DNA of 64,000 nucleotides from an uncultured Acidobacteriota bacterium (GCA_963805975.1 CAWDVR010000002.1:416001-480000), one strand, 5' to 3'. Numbered from the stretch's first letter, positions 29,342-40,923 are shown. Made by a program: numbers and translations. Notes: a model not told the origin generated them from the letters alone.

Positions 29342-32300
29342 TTACGCAAGCTCGCCCAGCACGCGATCGAGCGTCTCGACGAGGAAGCCCGCGTCCCGCT
29401 CCGCGAGGCACATCGGCGGCCGGATCTTGAGGACATTGTGGAGGGGCCCGTCGGTGCCGGCGAGGATGCCGATCTCCCGCAGCCGGTTCACCACGTACGC
29501 GGCCTCCTCGGCCGCCGGCTCGAGGGTGGCGCGGTCCCGCACCAGCTCGAGGCCCAGGAAGAATCCTCGGCCGCGCGCGTCTCCCGCCAGAGCGTGGCGC
29601 TCCACGAGCCCGCGGAGGCCGGCCAGCAGGCGCTCGCCGACCTGCCGGGCGTTCTCCTGCAAGCCTTCCTCTTCGAGCACCTCGAGCACCGCCAGGCCGG
29701 CGGCGCAGGCCACGGGGTTGCCGCCGAAGGTCGCAAACAGCTCCATGCCATTGTCGAACGCGGCGGCGATCTCCGGCGTGGTCACCACCGCCGCCAGCGG
29801 GAAGCCGTTGCCGATCGGCTTGCCCAGGATCACGACATCGGGAACCACGCCCTGCATCTGGAACCCCCAGAAGTGGCTGCCGAGCCGGCCGAAGCCGGTC
29901 TGCACCTCGTCCGCCAGGGCGAGGCCGCCCGCGGCGCGGACGAGACGGTAGGCCGCCGCCAGGTAGCCGGGCGGCGGCACGATCTGCCCACCGACGCTGG
30001 GCAGGGTCTCGGCGAGGAAGCCGGCGAGCCTGCCTCCTTGCGTGGCGATCTCCGCCGCCAGCTCCCCCACGTGCCGCGCGAACTTGGGGCCCGCCTCCGG
30101 GTCGGCGCGCTTGTAGGGGCCGCGGTAGTCGTCCGGGATCGGCGCCACGTTTACCCAGGCCTTGCGGCCGGCGCCGCCGGGGCCCGCGAACTTGTAGGGC
30201 GAGGCGTCGATCAGCGTCGTCGTGTGCCCATGGTAGGCGGCGTCCAGCACGATCAGGTCCTCGCCGCCGGTCGCCGCCCGCGCGAGGCGCAGCGCCAGCT
30301 CGTTCGCCTCGCTGCCCGAGCTGACGAAGAAACAGACGGACAGCGACGCCGGCAGCAGGGTCGTGAGCCGCTCGGCGTAGCGTGCGATGGTGTCGTGCAG
30401 GTAGCGGGTGTTGGTGTTGAGCAGCGCGAGCTGCCGGCTCGCGGCCCCCACCACGCGCGGGTGGCTGTGCCCCACGTGCGGCACGTTGTTGTAGACGTCG
30501 AGAAAGGCGCGGCCGGTGTCGTCGTAGAGGTAGGAGCCGAAACCGCGCACGATCTTCAGCGGCCGGCGGTAGGAGAGCCGTACGCTGCCGCCGATCCGCG
30601 CCCGGCGTGCCGCGAACGTTTCCTCGAATCCCGGCTCGCGGGGCGGGAACCGCTCTGCCGGAACGCCGGCCACGAGGTTCGCGTCGGGCGAGAGCGCCGT
30701 CCACACCGCGCGCTGGCTGGCGTAGGCCACGCCCGGAAAGTCGCGGCCCATCTCCAGCAGATCGAGGATCACCTGGAGGTGGAGGTGCGGCGGCCAGTCG
30801 CCGTTGGCGGGCGGCGAGCCCACGCGGCCGATGACCTCGCCGGCGGCAACGCTCTGGCCCACGGCGAGCTTTCCGAGAGTTCCCTCGTCCAGGTGCCCGT
30901 AGAGCGTGAAGAACGGCTGGCCCTCGTCCGTCGCGTGGCTCAATACGATCAGCGGGCCGTAGTCCTTGGGAGCGGCGTTGTTCGCCAGGCAGACCACGGT
31001 GCCGGGAAGCGGCGCCTTGACCGGCGCGCCGGCCGCGACGAAGAGGTCCAGACCCAGGTGGATGGTGCGGCGCTCTTCGGTGGGGTGCTGATCCGCGCCG
31101 AAAGCGGCGGCGGTGTAGAGCAGCCGCGGCTCGTCGTAGCGGCCGACGGCGAGGGCCGCACCCGCGCGCCGCATCTCGCGCCAGACAATCTCGGTGAGCG
31201 GCGCGGTCTCGACCGCTCGCGGATCGGCGCCGAGGAGCAGGCTCGAGACCGAGAGGTCCACCACCACGCTCGGCGCCGTGCGCGGGTCGGGGTCGATCAC
31301 CGGCGCGAAGGAAGCGGCCTTCTCCCGAAGCCAGGCCACGAAGCGCTCCCCGCCCGGCACCGGCGGCAGGCCGCAAGCGTGGCGCAACGTGTAGTGCGCA
31401 AACCGGGGGTGGATGCCGGCGAGCCTCCGCAAGGCTTCCCAGGCCTGCGGCTCGCTCACCGTGACGTAGGGATCGTCCGGCTTCGCCTCCTTGACCAGCG
31501 CGGAGTTGACCACGCTGACCGCGAGTCGCATGGCGATCAGCGGGAAGAGCACCGCGATCTCCTGCTCACCGAGCGGACGCTCGGCGTGGTAGCCCGCCAC
31601 CACCCGCGCCGCCGTGGCCAGCGGGTCGCTCTCGCCGAACAGAGTGTAGGCGGCGGCCACCGCCGGCTCGGCCACCAGCACGGTCTCGTGCAGGTCGCCG
31701 AAGTCGATCACCGAAGCGACCTGCCGCGGCTCGGTACGGACCTCTGAGATCAGCACGTTGTGGTCGTTGGCGTCGCCATGGATCACGCCTCGCGGCAGCG
31801 CAGGCAGAGCCGGCACCACCTCCGCCTCGTAGAGCGCCAGGAACCGCTCGACGAGCCCGCGCTCCTCGCCCGGCTCGAGCCGCGAGAGATGCTCGCGCAC
31901 CCAGCCGGCACCGGCGAGGTCCCATTTGAAGTGGCGCAACGCGGCAGGATGATGGAAGCTCGCGAGCGCGGATCCCATGCGGCCGAGGAAGCGCCCGAGG
32001 CTCTCGGCCAGCTCCGGTGGCCGCGGCGCGACCTCGGCCAACCTAGTGCCCGGCACCCAGGTCAGCATCCAGACCCGCCGCTCCTCACCTGCCAGGGTGA
32101 CCACGGTCACTTGTTTCCCGGCGCGGCTCGCCACCACGCGCGGCAGGGTGAGCGCCGGGGCCCGTTCGGCCAGATGGGCCAGCGCCGCGGCTTGCACCTC
32201 GACCAGGCCGGCCTCGCGATGCGCGGCCATCACCTTCAGCACCCGCTCCTCGCCGGAGGAGGTCCGCAGGTGGAAGTTGTCATCGTGCTCGCCCGGCAGC

Positions 32301-32380
32301 CGGCGAGCAGTCCCTTCGAGCCCGTAGAGCTCGGCGGCGAGGCGAACGGCGGTGGAGTCGGAGAGGGACGAGTCTGGCAT
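29342..32380 (-). CDS. Fusion of APH/hydroxylysine-kinase-like phosphotransferase, M23 peptidase-like domain and class III PLP aminotransferase/phospho-lyase
   Basis: [14 protein letters not shown]; HLGLD..LYGHL..HLHLQ; [38 protein letters not shown]. Confidence 0.9.
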   Translation of the reverse strand: MPDSSLSDSTAVRLAAELYGLEGTARRLPGEHDDNFHLRTSSGEERVLKVMAAHREAGLVEVQAAALAHLAERAPALTLPRVVASRAGKQVTVVTLAGEERRVWMLTWVPGTRLAEVAPRPPELAESLGRFLGRMGSALASFHHPAALRHFKWDLAGAGWVREHLSRLEPGEERGLVERFLALYEAEVVPALPALPRGVIHGDANDHNVLISEVRTEPRQVASVIDFGDLHETVLVAEPAVAAAYTLFGESDPLATAARVVAGYHAERPLGEQEIAVLFPLIAMRLAVSVVNSALVKEAKPDDPYVTVSEPQAWEALRRLAGIHPRFAHYTLRHACGLPPVPGGERFVAWLREKAASFAPVIDPDPRTAPSVVVDLSVSSLLLGADPRAVETAPLTEIVWREMRRAGAALAVGRYDEPRLLYTAAAFGADQHPTEERRTIHLGLDLFVAAGAPVKAPLPGTVVCLANNAAPKDYGPLIVLSHATDEGQPFFTLYGHLDEGTLGKLAVGQSVAAGEVIGRVGSPPANGDWPPHLHLQVILDLLEMGRDFPGVAYASQRAVWTALSPDANLVAGVPAERFPPREPGFEETFAARRARIGGSVRLSYRRPLKIVRGFGSYLYDDTGRAFLDVYNNVPHVGHSHPRVVGAASRQLALLNTNTRYLHDTIARYAERLTTLLPASLSVCFFVSSGSEANELALRLARAATGGEDLIVLDAAYHGHTTTLIDASPYKFAGPGGAGRKAWVNVAPIPDDYRGPYKRADPEAGPKFARHVGELAAEIATQGGRLAGFLAETLPSVGGQIVPPPGYLAAAYRLVRAAGGLALADEVQTGFGRLGSHFWGFQMQGVVPDVVILGKPIGNGFPLAAVVTTPEIAAAFDNGMELFATFGGNPVACAAGLAVLEVLEEEGLQENARQVGERLLAGLRGLVERHALAGDARGRGFFLGLELVRDRATLEPAAEEAAYVVNRLREIGILAGTDGPLHNVLKIRPPMCLAERDAGFLVETLDRVLGELA

Positions 32381-32409
32381 GACCAAAGATCGCACGCACC
32401 CAGAGGAAT

Positions 32410-32499
32410 TGTCATCCTGAGCGAAGCGAAGGATCTGGCAGGGGGGAAAGTCTGGCTACCGCGCCCTCCGCCAGATCCCTCGCTGCGCTAGGGATGACA
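32410..32499. repeat. REP-like doublet, family A, opposite arm orientation
   Basis: TGTCATCCTGAGCGAAGCGAAGGATCTGGC (32410-32439) and a degenerate complement (32470-32499). Confidence 0.85.
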
Positions 32500-32557
32500 C
32501 CCCTTGTCTCGTGGGGTCTGGCCTGCCAGTGGCCAGCCCGGACGGCTCTATGCCGCG

Positions 32558-33154
32558 CTAGCCGGCTGCCTCTCCTAGCGCTTCCACGGTGCGCGTGAGC
32601 TGGGCGACGTGCTCGAGGGTGTGGGCACGGAGGGCCTGCGCGAAGGCCTTGGCGTCGAGCTCGGCGAGCCATTCGACGGGAGCGAGCGAGCCGTCAGCCT
32701 GCTCGGCCTTGACCACCATGACGATCGGCGCCCGTGGCGGCGACGGCGGCAGCTCGTCCGGCAGCCGGTCGATCAGGCGGAGCAGGTCGGCGTGGATGCC
32801 GCGGAGAGCGCCGTAAAGCTCGTCCCAGGCGCGGGTCAGAGGCATGGCGGACTGCAAGCCGGCGGGGATGGCGCCGGTCGTGGGGCGCCTGCCCTCGAGC
32901 AGCGCAGCGAGCTGTACCGCCGCCGGCCGGTGGCTCTCCACCAAATGGTCCAGGATCTCCTGCGGCGACCAGCGCTCCGGTGCCGGCGCCTGGCGATGGA
33001 GATCGCCCGGCACGGCGGCGAGCAGATCCTCCATCCGCGCGAAGGTCTCCGCAGCCTGCCGGCGGATCGCCGCCGCCGGGGCCTCGGTGCCCTTGCGGCG
33101 CAGGTAGTCCATCGCCTTCTGCTGTTCGGGGAGAAGGATCGGGCCGTCCATCAT
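32558..33154 (-). CDS. DinB/YfiT-like protein
   Basis: WSPQEILDHL and C-terminal AHTLEHVAQL His motifs; start overlaps the rlmB stop. Confidence 0.75.
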   Translation of the reverse strand: MMDGPILLPEQQKAMDYLRRKGTEAPAAAIRRQAAETFARMEDLLAAVPGDLHRQAPAPERWSPQEILDHLVESHRPAAVQLAALLEGRRPTTGAIPAGLQSAMPLTRAWDELYGALRGIHADLLRLIDRLPDELPPSPPRAPIVMVVKAEQADGSLAPVEWLAELDAKAFAQALRAHTLEHVAQLTRTVEALGEAAG

Positions 33155-33894
33155 TCCTCCTGGCTCGGGGCTGGAGGCGAAGAGTGCCGCTGCCGCACGG
33201 CCTCGTACAGCACCGCGGCGGCGGCGGTCGCGAGGTTCAGGGACTCGACCCGCCCTCGCATGGGCAGGCCGATCGCGCGGTCCGCGCGCTTGCGGGTGAG
33301 CGAGCGCAGGCCCTTCTCCTCGCCGCCGAAGCAGAGCACCACCTTGCCTCGGAGATCCACCTCCCAGGGGGGATCGCCACCCGCCGCCACGGCATAGACC
33401 CAGTACCCGTCCTCCTGCAGCTCTTCGATGGCGCGGGCGCTGTTGGTGATCCGCTCGCTGGGCAGCCACTCGGCGGCGCCTGCCGAGGTCTTGGCCACGG
33501 TGGGCGAGAGCGGCGCCGAGCCGCGGTCGCGGATCAGCACCCGGCCGACGCCGGCGCCTTCGCAGACGCGCAGCAGGGCGCCCAGGTTGCGGGGGTCCTG
33601 CACGTCCTCGACGAGGACGACGAGGTGGGGGTCGCCGGCGGGTTCTCCAGTCACGTCCCGGGCATCGGGGGCCGCGGCTCGCAGCTCGGCCACGAAGCCG
33701 TTGTGGACGGCGCCGGCCAGCTCCTCGAGCAGCTTGTCCGATGCGGTTTCGAGAGGAACGTGGTGCCGCCGGGAGAGCTCTTCGATCTCGGCGCGGCGGG
33801 CGCCGCTTCTCGAGGCGGCGACGTAGACGCGGCTCAGATCCTGCGGCCGGTGCCGCAGGGCCTCGCGGACGGGATGGAAGCCGAAGACGCGCAA
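33151..33894 (-). CDS. rlmB: 23S rRNA (Gm2251) 2'-O-methyltransferase, SpoU/TrmH family
   Basis: FGFHPVREAL, VQDPRNLGALLR, GGEEKGL, PMRGRVESLNLA. Confidence 0.92.
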   Translation of the reverse strand: MRVFGFHPVREALRHRPQDLSRVYVAASRSGARRAEIEELSRRHHVPLETASDKLLEELAGAVHNGFVAELRAAAPDARDVTGEPAGDPHLVVLVEDVQDPRNLGALLRVCEGAGVGRVLIRDRGSAPLSPTVAKTSAGAAEWLPSERITNSARAIEELQEDGYWVYAVAAGGDPPWEVDLRGKVVLCFGGEEKGLRSLTRKRADRAIGLPMRGRVESLNLATAAAAVLYEAVRQRHSSPPAPSQEE

Positions 33895-33949
33895 GAGACC
33901 TGCTCTCTCGAAGGGCTCGTCGAGGACGCGTCAGCGTGCGACGGCGGCC

Positions 33950-34032
33950 GGATGGATTCCCGCCTTCGCGGGAATGACTTGCTGGGAGAGGCGCCTTCGC
34001 CGAAACGTCATCCCCGCGCAAGCGAGGATCCA
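33950..34032. repeat. REP-like doublet, family B
   Basis: GGATGGATTCCCGCCTTCGCGGGAATGAC (33950-33978) and GTCATCCCCGCGCAAGCGAGGATCCA (34007-34032), directly after frr. Confidence 0.85.
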
Positions 34033-34039
34033 CTCTGAA

Positions 34040-34594
34040 TCAATGCTCGAGGATCTGGCCTTCCTTGGCCTCGAGCGAGTGGTTGACCTCGCCGATGTAG
34101 TGGTCGTGGAGCTTCTGGATCTCTTCCAGGCCGCGGCGCTCGTCGTCCTGGCCGATCTCCTTGTCCTTTTCCTTCTTCTTGAGCTTCTCGTTGCCTTCGC
34201 GCCGGGCGTGCCGCACCGCGTTGCGCGCGTGCTCGGCCATGTCGTGCGCCCGCTTGACCAGCTCCTTGCGGCGCTCCTCGGTGAGCGGCGGCACCGGGAT
34301 GCGGACGACGCGGCCGTCGTTCGAAGGGTTGAGGCCGAGGTCGGCCTTCATGATGGCGCGTTCGATGGAGGCGATCTGCGACGGGTCCCACGGCTGGGCC
34401 AGGATCATGCCGGCGTCGGCCACCGAGAGGGTGGCGAGCTGGTTGATCGGCGTCGGCGTTCCGTAGTAGTCGACCACGACGCCGTCGAGCAACGAGATCG
34501 ACGCCCGGCCGGTGCGGATCGTTTTCAGCTCGTGGTGGAGGTGCTCCACCGCGTGCTTCATCTGGATCTCGATCTCCCGGAATAGCTCTTTCAC
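34040..34594 (-). CDS. frr: Ribosome recycling factor
   Basis: IRTGRAS, DYYGTPTPINQLA, LGLNPSNDG, PPLTEERRKELVK. Confidence 0.97.
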   Translation of the reverse strand: MKELFREIEIQMKHAVEHLHHELKTIRTGRASISLLDGVVVDYYGTPTPINQLATLSVADAGMILAQPWDPSQIASIERAIMKADLGLNPSNDGRVVRIPVPPLTEERRKELVKRAHDMAEHARNAVRHARREGNEKLKKKEKDKEIGQDDERRGLEEIQKLHDHYIGEVNHSLEAKEGQILEH

Positions 34595-34692
34595 GATTCC
34601 TCCCCCGCCGGCCTCCTCGGCCGCATGGTCCTATGGCGCCAAGGATAGCGAAACCGCGCCCGTGCGGGCCACTCCGAGGCCGATCGGCCTTG

Positions 34693-35415
34693 CTAGCCTT
34701 CGACGACCACGCTGCCCACGGTCTCGCCGCACACCACCCGCCGGATGTTGCCCGGCGTCATGAGGTTGAAGACCGCGATCGGGATGTGGTTCTCCCGGCA
34801 CAGGCTGATCGCCGCCGCGTCCATGACGCGCAGGTTCCTCTCCAGCACCTGCTGGTAGGTCAGCTTCGGCAACAGCTGCGCCTGCGGGTCGAGGTTGGGG
34901 TCCGCGGTGTAGATGCCGTCGACCTGCGTCGCCTTGAGCAGCACCTCGGCGTGGATCTCGTTGGCGCGCAGCGCCGCCGCCGAGTCGGTGGTGAAGAACG
35001 GGTTGCCGGTGCCGGCGCCGAAGATCACCACGCGCCCCTTCTCCAGGTGGCGGATGGCCCGCCGGCGGACGAAGGGCTCGGCCACGGCGCGGATGTCGAT
35101 CGCGGTCTGGACCCGGGTGGTGACGCCCCGCTTCTCGAGCGCGTCCTGGAGGGCCAGGGCGTTGATCACCGTCGCCAGCATCCCCATGTGATCGCCGGTC
35201 ACGCGGTCGATGCCGCGGTGACTGGCGGCGAGGCCACGGATGATGTTGCCGCCGCCGATGACGATTGCGATCTCGACGCCCAGGGCGTGCACCTCGCGCA
35301 CCTCGTCGGCAATCGTCACCACCACCGGCTCGTCGATGCCAAACCTCTGCTCGCCCATCAGGGCTTCGCCCGAGAGCTTCAGCAGCACGCGCCGGTACAC
35401 CGGGGCCTCGCCCAA
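34693..35415 (-). CDS. pyrH: UMP kinase
   Basis: [30 protein letters not shown]. Confidence 0.97.
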   Translation of the reverse strand: MGEAPVYRRVLLKLSGEALMGEQRFGIDEPVVVTIADEVREVHALGVEIAIVIGGGNIIRGLAASHRGIDRVTGDHMGMLATVINALALQDALEKRGVTTRVQTAIDIRAVAEPFVRRRAIRHLEKGRVVIFGAGTGNPFFTTDSAAALRANEIHAEVLLKATQVDGIYTADPNLDPQAQLLPKLTYQQVLERNLRVMDAAAISLCRENHIPIAVFNLMTPGNIRRVVCGETVGSVVVEG

Positions 35416-35419
35416 AGCT

Positions 35420-36070
<651 letters not shown>

Positions 36071-36099
36071 TGCGCTCGATCCTCTCGCTGTTGCTGGAC

Positions 36100-36191
36100 A
36101 AAAGAAAAGGTCAGCTCGGGGGGAGGGACTCGTCCCTCGCTCGACTGACCTTCCCGCCGCGGCCTGCCGCACGAGAACCGTGCGGCAGGCC
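36100..36191 (-). terminator. Two intercistronic hairpins between rpsB and tsf; the distal one is followed by a U-tract
   Basis: 13-bp perfect stem 36161-36173 / 36179-36191; second stem AAGGTCAG/CTGACCTT 36107-36152 followed by TTTTCTTTT on the minus strand. Confidence 0.7.
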
Positions 36192-36201
36192 GGGAAATTC
36201 T

Positions 36202-36978
36202 TTAGGCCGGCGCGGCGGCGGCCGCAGCCGGCGGCGGCGCGGCAACCACCGCGGCCGGGGCCGCTCTGCGCTCCCGGCTCTCTGCGACGCCACGCTCGAA
36301 CTCGCGGGTGCCGTCCAAGTAAGCGTCCGCGACCTTGGAGGCGAAGAGGCGGATGGCGCGGATCGCGTCGTCGTTGCCCGGGATCACGTAGTCGATCAGC
36401 TCCGGGTCGCAGTTGGTGTCGACGATGGCGATCACCGGCACGCCGAGCCGGTTGGCCTCGGCGATGGCGATCGACTCCTTCTTGGGGTCGACCACGAACA
36501 GCGCATCCGGCAGCTCCTGCATGTCGCGGATGCCGTCCAGGTTGCGCACCATCTTCTGCTGCTCGCGCTCGAAGCGCAGGCGCTCCTTCTTGGAGAGCGG
36601 CGAGTCGATGTCCGACAGGCGGGCCTCGGTCTCCTTCAAGCGCTGGATCGAGGCGCGCAGGGTGACGAAGTTGGTCAGCGTGCCGCCCAGCCAGCGATGG
36701 GTGACGAAGAAGCCGCCGCAGCGCCGCGCCTCCTCGGCGATCGCTTCCTGGGCCTGGCGCTTGGTGCCCACGAACAGGATGCGCTTGCCCTCGGCGGCGA
36801 GACCGTGGGCGAAATCCAGGGCCTCCTGGGTCAGCTTCAGGGTGCGCTGCAGGTCGATGATGTAGATGCCGTTGCGCTTGCCGAAGATGTAAGGCTTCAT
36901 CTTCGGGTTCCAGCGCCGCGTCTGATGCCCGAAGTGGACGCCCGCCTCGAGCAGCTCCTGCATGGTGATGTCAGCCAA
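36202..36978 (-). CDS. rpsB: 30S ribosomal protein S2
   Basis: [42 protein letters not shown]. Confidence 0.98.
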   Translation of the reverse strand: MADITMQELLEAGVHFGHQTRRWNPKMKPYIFGKRNGIYIIDLQRTLKLTQEALDFAHGLAAEGKRILFVGTKRQAQEAIAEEARRCGGFFVTHRWLGGTLTNFVTLRASIQRLKETEARLSDIDSPLSKKERLRFEREQQKMVRNLDGIRDMQELPDALFVVDPKKESIAIAEANRLGVPVIAIVDTNCDPELIDYVIPGNDDAIRAIRLFASKVADAYLDGTREFERGVAESRERRAAPAAVVAAPPPAAAAAAPA

Positions 36979-37008
36979 AACGCTCTCCTCTCGACACTTG
37001 CTGCCCGG

Positions 37009-37401
37009 TTACCGCTTACTGAACTGGAAGCGCTTGCGGGCGCCCTTCTGACCGTACTTCTTGCGTTCCTTCTTGCGCGGGTCGCGGGTCAGGAAGCCCG
37101 CGCCCTTGAGGCGCTCGCGCAGCTCGCCGTTGAAGATGCAGAGCGCGCGGGAGATGCCGTGGCGGATGGCGCCGGCCTGGCCGCTCGCGCCGCCCCCCTC
37201 GACCGAGGCCTGGATGTCGAACTTCTCGGCCGTCTCGGTCAGGAGCAACGGCTGCCTGATGATCATCTTCAGCACGTCGTTGGGGAAAAAGACGTCGAAG
37301 CCGCGGCCGTTCACCGTCAGCTCACCGGTTCCAGGCCGCAGGTAGACACGCGCCGACGCGGTCTTGCGGCGCCCGGTGCCGTAGTACTGAACCTCGCTCA
37401 A
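37009..37401 (-). CDS. rpsI: 30S ribosomal protein S9
   Basis: YYGTGRRK...[12 protein letters not shown]. Confidence 0.98.
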   Translation of the reverse strand: MSEVQYYGTGRRKTASARVYLRPGTGELTVNGRGFDVFFPNDVLKMIIRQPLLLTETAEKFDIQASVEGGGASGQAGAIRHGISRALCIFNGELRERLKGAGFLTRDPRKKERKKYGQKGARKRFQFSKR

Positions 37402-37431
37402 GACAATCTCCTCGTGTGCCTCGGCAGAGGC

Positions 37432-37908
37432 TTAGGCCAGGGCGGCCGTGAAGCCGCTCGCGGCCAGGACGGCGCCCTCGAGATGGGCTGGTTTCTGGGC
37501 GGCGTGCGGATGCTCCGGGCCGGCGTAGACCTTGAGCTTCTTCAACTGGTGGCGGCCCAGCTTGTTCTTCGGCAGCATGCCCTTGACGGATTCCTCGACG
37601 ATCTTCACCGGCCGGCGCTGGCGCAGCTTGCCGGCGGTCTCGCGGTGCATCTTGCCGGGCTGGCCGCTGTGGCGGTAGTAGACCTTCTGCTCTTCCTTGC
37701 GGCCGGAGAGCGTGACTTGGTCGGCGTTGACCACGATCACGAAGTCACCGACGTCGAAATGCGGCGCGTAGGTGGGCTTGTGCTTGCCGGTGAGGATCTT
37801 CGCGACCTGCGAGGAGAGGCGGCCGAGAGTCACGCCGGAGGCGTCGACGACGTACCAGCTCCGCTCCGCGCCGGGGTCGGATGGCTTCGGGGTGTAAGTC
37901 TTCTGCAT
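37432..37908 (-). CDS. rplM: 50S ribosomal protein L13
   Basis: [48 protein letters not shown]. Confidence 0.98.
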   Translation of the reverse strand: MQKTYTPKPSDPGAERSWYVVDASGVTLGRLSSQVAKILTGKHKPTYAPHFDVGDFVIVVNADQVTLSGRKEEQKVYYRHSGQPGKMHRETAGKLRQRRPVKIVEESVKGMLPKNKLGRHQLKKLKVYAGPEHPHAAQKPAHLEGAVLAASGFTAALA

Positions 37909-37978
37909 TGAGATCGATCTCCGTAGGACATACCAAGGGGGCAAACAGAGTCCGCCCCTCGCGGCGCGAAGAGCCGGG

Positions 37979-38008
37979 ATGTTAGAGCCGGGCCAGGGGG
38001 ATTGTCAA
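37979..38008 (-). promoter_or_regulatory. Sigma70-type promoter of the rplM operon
   Basis: TTGACA (38008-38003), 18 nt, TAACAT (37984-37979) on the minus strand. Confidence 0.75.
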
Positions 38009-38079
38009 CCCGAGCTACACCCCAAGGACCAAATTCGGGCTCCTGGCTCCGATCCGGGATCGAAGTACACTCCCCGCCC

Positions 38080-38812
38080 ATGGCGGAGGCGCGGACGCTC
38101 GACAAGAGCGGCAAGACGATCCAGGCGATGTTTGCCGGGGTGGCGCCACGGTACGACTTCCTGAACCGGCTGCTGTCGGCCCGGATGGACGGCTTCTGGC
38201 GACGCGCGGCGGCGCGCGCCGTGGGCGCCGGGCCCGGCCGGGAGATCCTCGATCTCTGCTGCGGCACGGGGGACCAGGCGGTGGCCATGCGCCGCCGGGG
38301 CGCGCGGGTGGTGGCCGCCGACTTCTGCCTGCCGATGCTCGCCATCGCCCAGGGCAAGCTCGCCCATCACGAAACGGCACGGCCCAGGCTCGCCACGGCG
38401 GACGCCCTGTCGCTCCCCTTCGCGAGCGGGCGCTTCTCCGGCGTCACGGTCTCCTTCGGCCTGCGCAACGTGGCCGACCTCGACCGCGCGCTCGTCCGAG
38501 ATCCACCGTGTGCTCGCCCCCGGCGGGCGGCTGGTGGTGCTCGAGCCCGGCGTGCCGCGCAACGCCCTGATCCGCGGCCCCTACATGTTCTATTTCACGC
38601 GCATCCTGCCGCGGATCGGCGCGCTGCTCTCGCCGCGCGGCTCGGCCTATTCCTACCTGCCGAGCTCGGTGCTCGACTTCCCGCTGCGGGACGGGTTCAC
38701 CGCGAGGTTGAAGCGCGTCGGTTTCGCCACGGCCGAGTGGCGGGACCTGACCGCCGGCACGGTCTGTCTTTACGTCGGAAGAAAAGCGGACGTTGGGAGG
38801 AAGGCGACATGA
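38080..38812 (+). CDS. ubiE: UbiE/MenG quinone C-methyltransferase (apparent indel near 38495)
   Basis: MFAGVAPRYDFLNRLLS, LDLCCGTGD, SFGLRNVAD, then AYSYLPSSV in the shifted frame. Confidence 0.9.
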
Positions 38813-39747
38813 GCACGAGCCTCGGGAAGATCCTGGACGGGCAGGCGGTGGCCAACGAGATCCGCGCCGAAGTCGCCGTGCAGGTGGCGGAGCTGGTGGC
38901 GGCCGGCCACCGCGCCCCCGGCCTGGCGGTGGTCCTGGCCGGCGACGACCCGGCCTCGCACGTCTACGTGGGCTCGAAGACCAAGGCCTGCGAGGAGGCC
39001 GGCATGGGGGGGCGCACGATCCTGCTGCCGGCGACAGCCACCGAGGCCGAGGTCGCCGCGGCCGTGGACGAGCTCAACGCGGACGACTCGACCGACGGCA
39101 TCCTGGTGCAGCTCCCGTTGCCCGACGGCATCCCGGAGCGCCGCATCCTGGAGCGGGTCGACCCGGCCAAGGACGTGGACGGCTTCCACAGCGCGAACGT
39201 CGGCCGCATGTGGCTGGGCGAGGACGGCTTCACGCCGGCCACACCCTCCGGGATCATGGAGCTGCTGCACCGCTCAGGGGTCCAGGTCGCGGGCAGCGAG
39301 GCGGTGGTGGTAGGCCGCAGCACGATCGTCGGCAAGCCGATGGCGGCGCTGCTCCTCGCCGCCAACGCCACGGTGACCGTCTGCCACTCCAAGACCCGCG
39401 ACCTCGCCGCGGTCTGCCGGCGGGCGGACATCCTGGTCGCCGCCATCGGTCGCGCCGGGATGATCGGCCCGGACCACGTGCGGGAAGGCGCGGTGGTGAT
39501 CGACGTCGGCACCAGTCGCGTGGCCGAGCGCGCCGAGGTCGAGCGCCTGTTCCCCGGCAACGCCTCGCGCCTCGCGGGGCTCGAGAAGCGGGGCTGGACC
39601 CTGGTGGGGGACGTCGATTTCAACCGCGTCGCCCCCCGCACGTCGGCGATCACCCCGGTGCCGGGCGGGGTCGGCCCGCTGACCGTGGCGATGCTGCTCG
39701 TCAACACGCTCAAGGCCTCGCGCCGCCGGCAGGGGATCGCGGCGTGA
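38809..39747 (+). CDS. folD: Methylenetetrahydrofolate dehydrogenase/cyclohydrolase
   Basis: GILVQLPLP, KDVDGFH, GRSTIVGKP, TPVPGGVGPLTVAML. Confidence 0.97.
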   Translation: MSTSLGKILDGQAVANEIRAEVAVQVAELVAAGHRAPGLAVVLAGDDPASHVYVGSKTKACEEAGMGGRTILLPATATEAEVAAAVDELNADDSTDGILVQLPLPDGIPERRILERVDPAKDVDGFHSANVGRMWLGEDGFTPATPSGIMELLHRSGVQVAGSEAVVVGRSTIVGKPMAALLLAANATVTVCHSKTRDLAAVCRRADILVAAIGRAGMIGPDHVREGAVVIDVGTSRVAERAEVERLFPGNASRLAGLEKRGWTLVGDVDFNRVAPRTSAITPVPGGVGPLTVAMLLVNTLKASRRRQGIAA

Positions 39748-40346
39748 GGCACCCGAGGATCGGCTTGACCGGGGGCATCGCCGCCGGCAAGTCGACGGTG
39801 GCGAAGCTCCTCGCCGACCAGGGCTTCACGGTGGTCGATGCCGACCGGCTGGTGGCGGAGCTCTACCGGCCCGGCGGAGCGGGCGCAGCGGTGGTCGACG
39901 AACTGTTCGGGGCCGATTTCCTCGACGCCTCGGGGGCCGTGGACCGGAAGCGGGTCGCCGAGCGGATCTTCGCCGACCCGGAGGCGCGGCAGCGGCTCGA
40001 AGCCCGGATCCACCCCCTGGTTCGCGAGCGCTTCGCCGAGATCGCCGCCACAGCCCAAGGCTCGGCCGTGCTCGAGGCCACGCTCCTCGTCGAAGCGGGC
40101 TACGCGCCGGACTTCGACCTGGTGGTCACTGTCGAAGCAAGCGACGCCCTGCGCCGCGAGCGCGCCATCGCCCGCGGCCTCTCCCCCACCGACGCGGACG
40201 CGCGCCAGGCCGCCCTAGGCGGCGGCGAGCAGCGCCGAGCCGCCGCCCACCGGGTGATCGAGAACGAGGGCTCGCGGGAAGACTTGGAGCGGCAGGTCGA
40301 GGATCTGGCGCAGGAGATCCGGCGCATCGAGACGCGGACCGTCTAG
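39744..40346 (+). CDS. coaE: Dephospho-CoA kinase
   Basis: IGLTGGIAAGKSTV, DAD, LEARIHPLV; GTGA overlap with folD. Confidence 0.93.
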   Translation: MRHPRIGLTGGIAAGKSTVAKLLADQGFTVVDADRLVAELYRPGGAGAAVVDELFGADFLDASGAVDRKRVAERIFADPEARQRLEARIHPLVRERFAEIAATAQGSAVLEATLLVEAGYAPDFDLVVTVEASDALRRERAIARGLSPTDADARQAALGGGEQRRAAAHRVIENEGSREDLERQVEDLAQEIRRIETRTV

Positions 40347-40369
40347 GGGCGCACGGCGTACGCCCCTAC
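40344..40369. repeat. GTAG-type REP-like palindrome forming the whole coaE/rdgB intergenic region
   Basis: TAGGGGCGCACGGCGTACGCCCCTAC; the terminal TAG and CTA are the stop codons of the two convergent genes. Confidence 0.7.
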
Positions 40370-40923
40370 GGCTGGAACCGGAGCTTTTCCACCAGCGCCC
40401 GCCATGCCCGGCCGCGGTGGCTGAGGGCGTCTTTCCTCTCGGCGGGTAGCTCGCCGTAGGTGGCGGTCTCGCCGTCCGGCAAGAACACCGGGTCCCAGCC
40501 GAAGCCGCCGTCGCCCCGCGGCGGCAGCACCAGGGTGCCCTCGGTGATGCCTTCGGCGGTCACGGTGCGCTCGGCATCCCGGTAGAGGAGCGCGCAGCGT
40601 GCCGTGGCGCGGGCATCGCCCAGGGCGAGCGCGGTGCGCGCGATGCCCTCCGGGCCCACCGCCTCGAGCATCCAGCGCACCAAGGGCCCCGGAAAGCCAC
40701 CCAGCGCGGCAAGCTCGAGGCCGGTCTCCTCCACCACCAGCGGCCGACCGAGGTGCCGCCAGGCTTCCTCGCCCTTGGCCTCCAGCACCTCGCCGAGGGA
40801 GAGCGACTGGATCTCCGGCAGGTCGATCTCGACACCCTCGAGGTCGGCACCGACCATCCGCCGCGCCTCTGCGAGCTTGCCGCGGTTGCCGGTAACGAGC
40901 GCGAAGCGCAGCGGAATGCTCAC
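40366..40923 (-). CDS. rdgB: Non-canonical purine NTP pyrophosphatase (Ham1/RdgB)
   Basis: VTGNRGKLAE, DLPEIQ, GFPGP, GFGWDPVF, SHRGRA. Confidence 0.92.
   Translation of the reverse strand: MSIPLRFALVTGNRGKLAEARRMVGADLEGVEIDLPEIQSLSLGEVLEAKGEEAWRHLGRPLVVEETGLELAALGGFPGPLVRWMLEAVGPEGIARTALALGDARATARCALLYRDAERTVTAEGITEGTLVLPPRGDGGFGWDPVFLPDGETATYGELPAERKDALSHRGRAWRALVEKLRFQP

Noticed and set aside
34677-34690. Perfect 14-bp palindrome AGGCCGATCGGCCT after pyrH
   Set aside because: Single copy, GC-rich, no U-tract; cannot be distinguished from chance or a minor stability hairpin.
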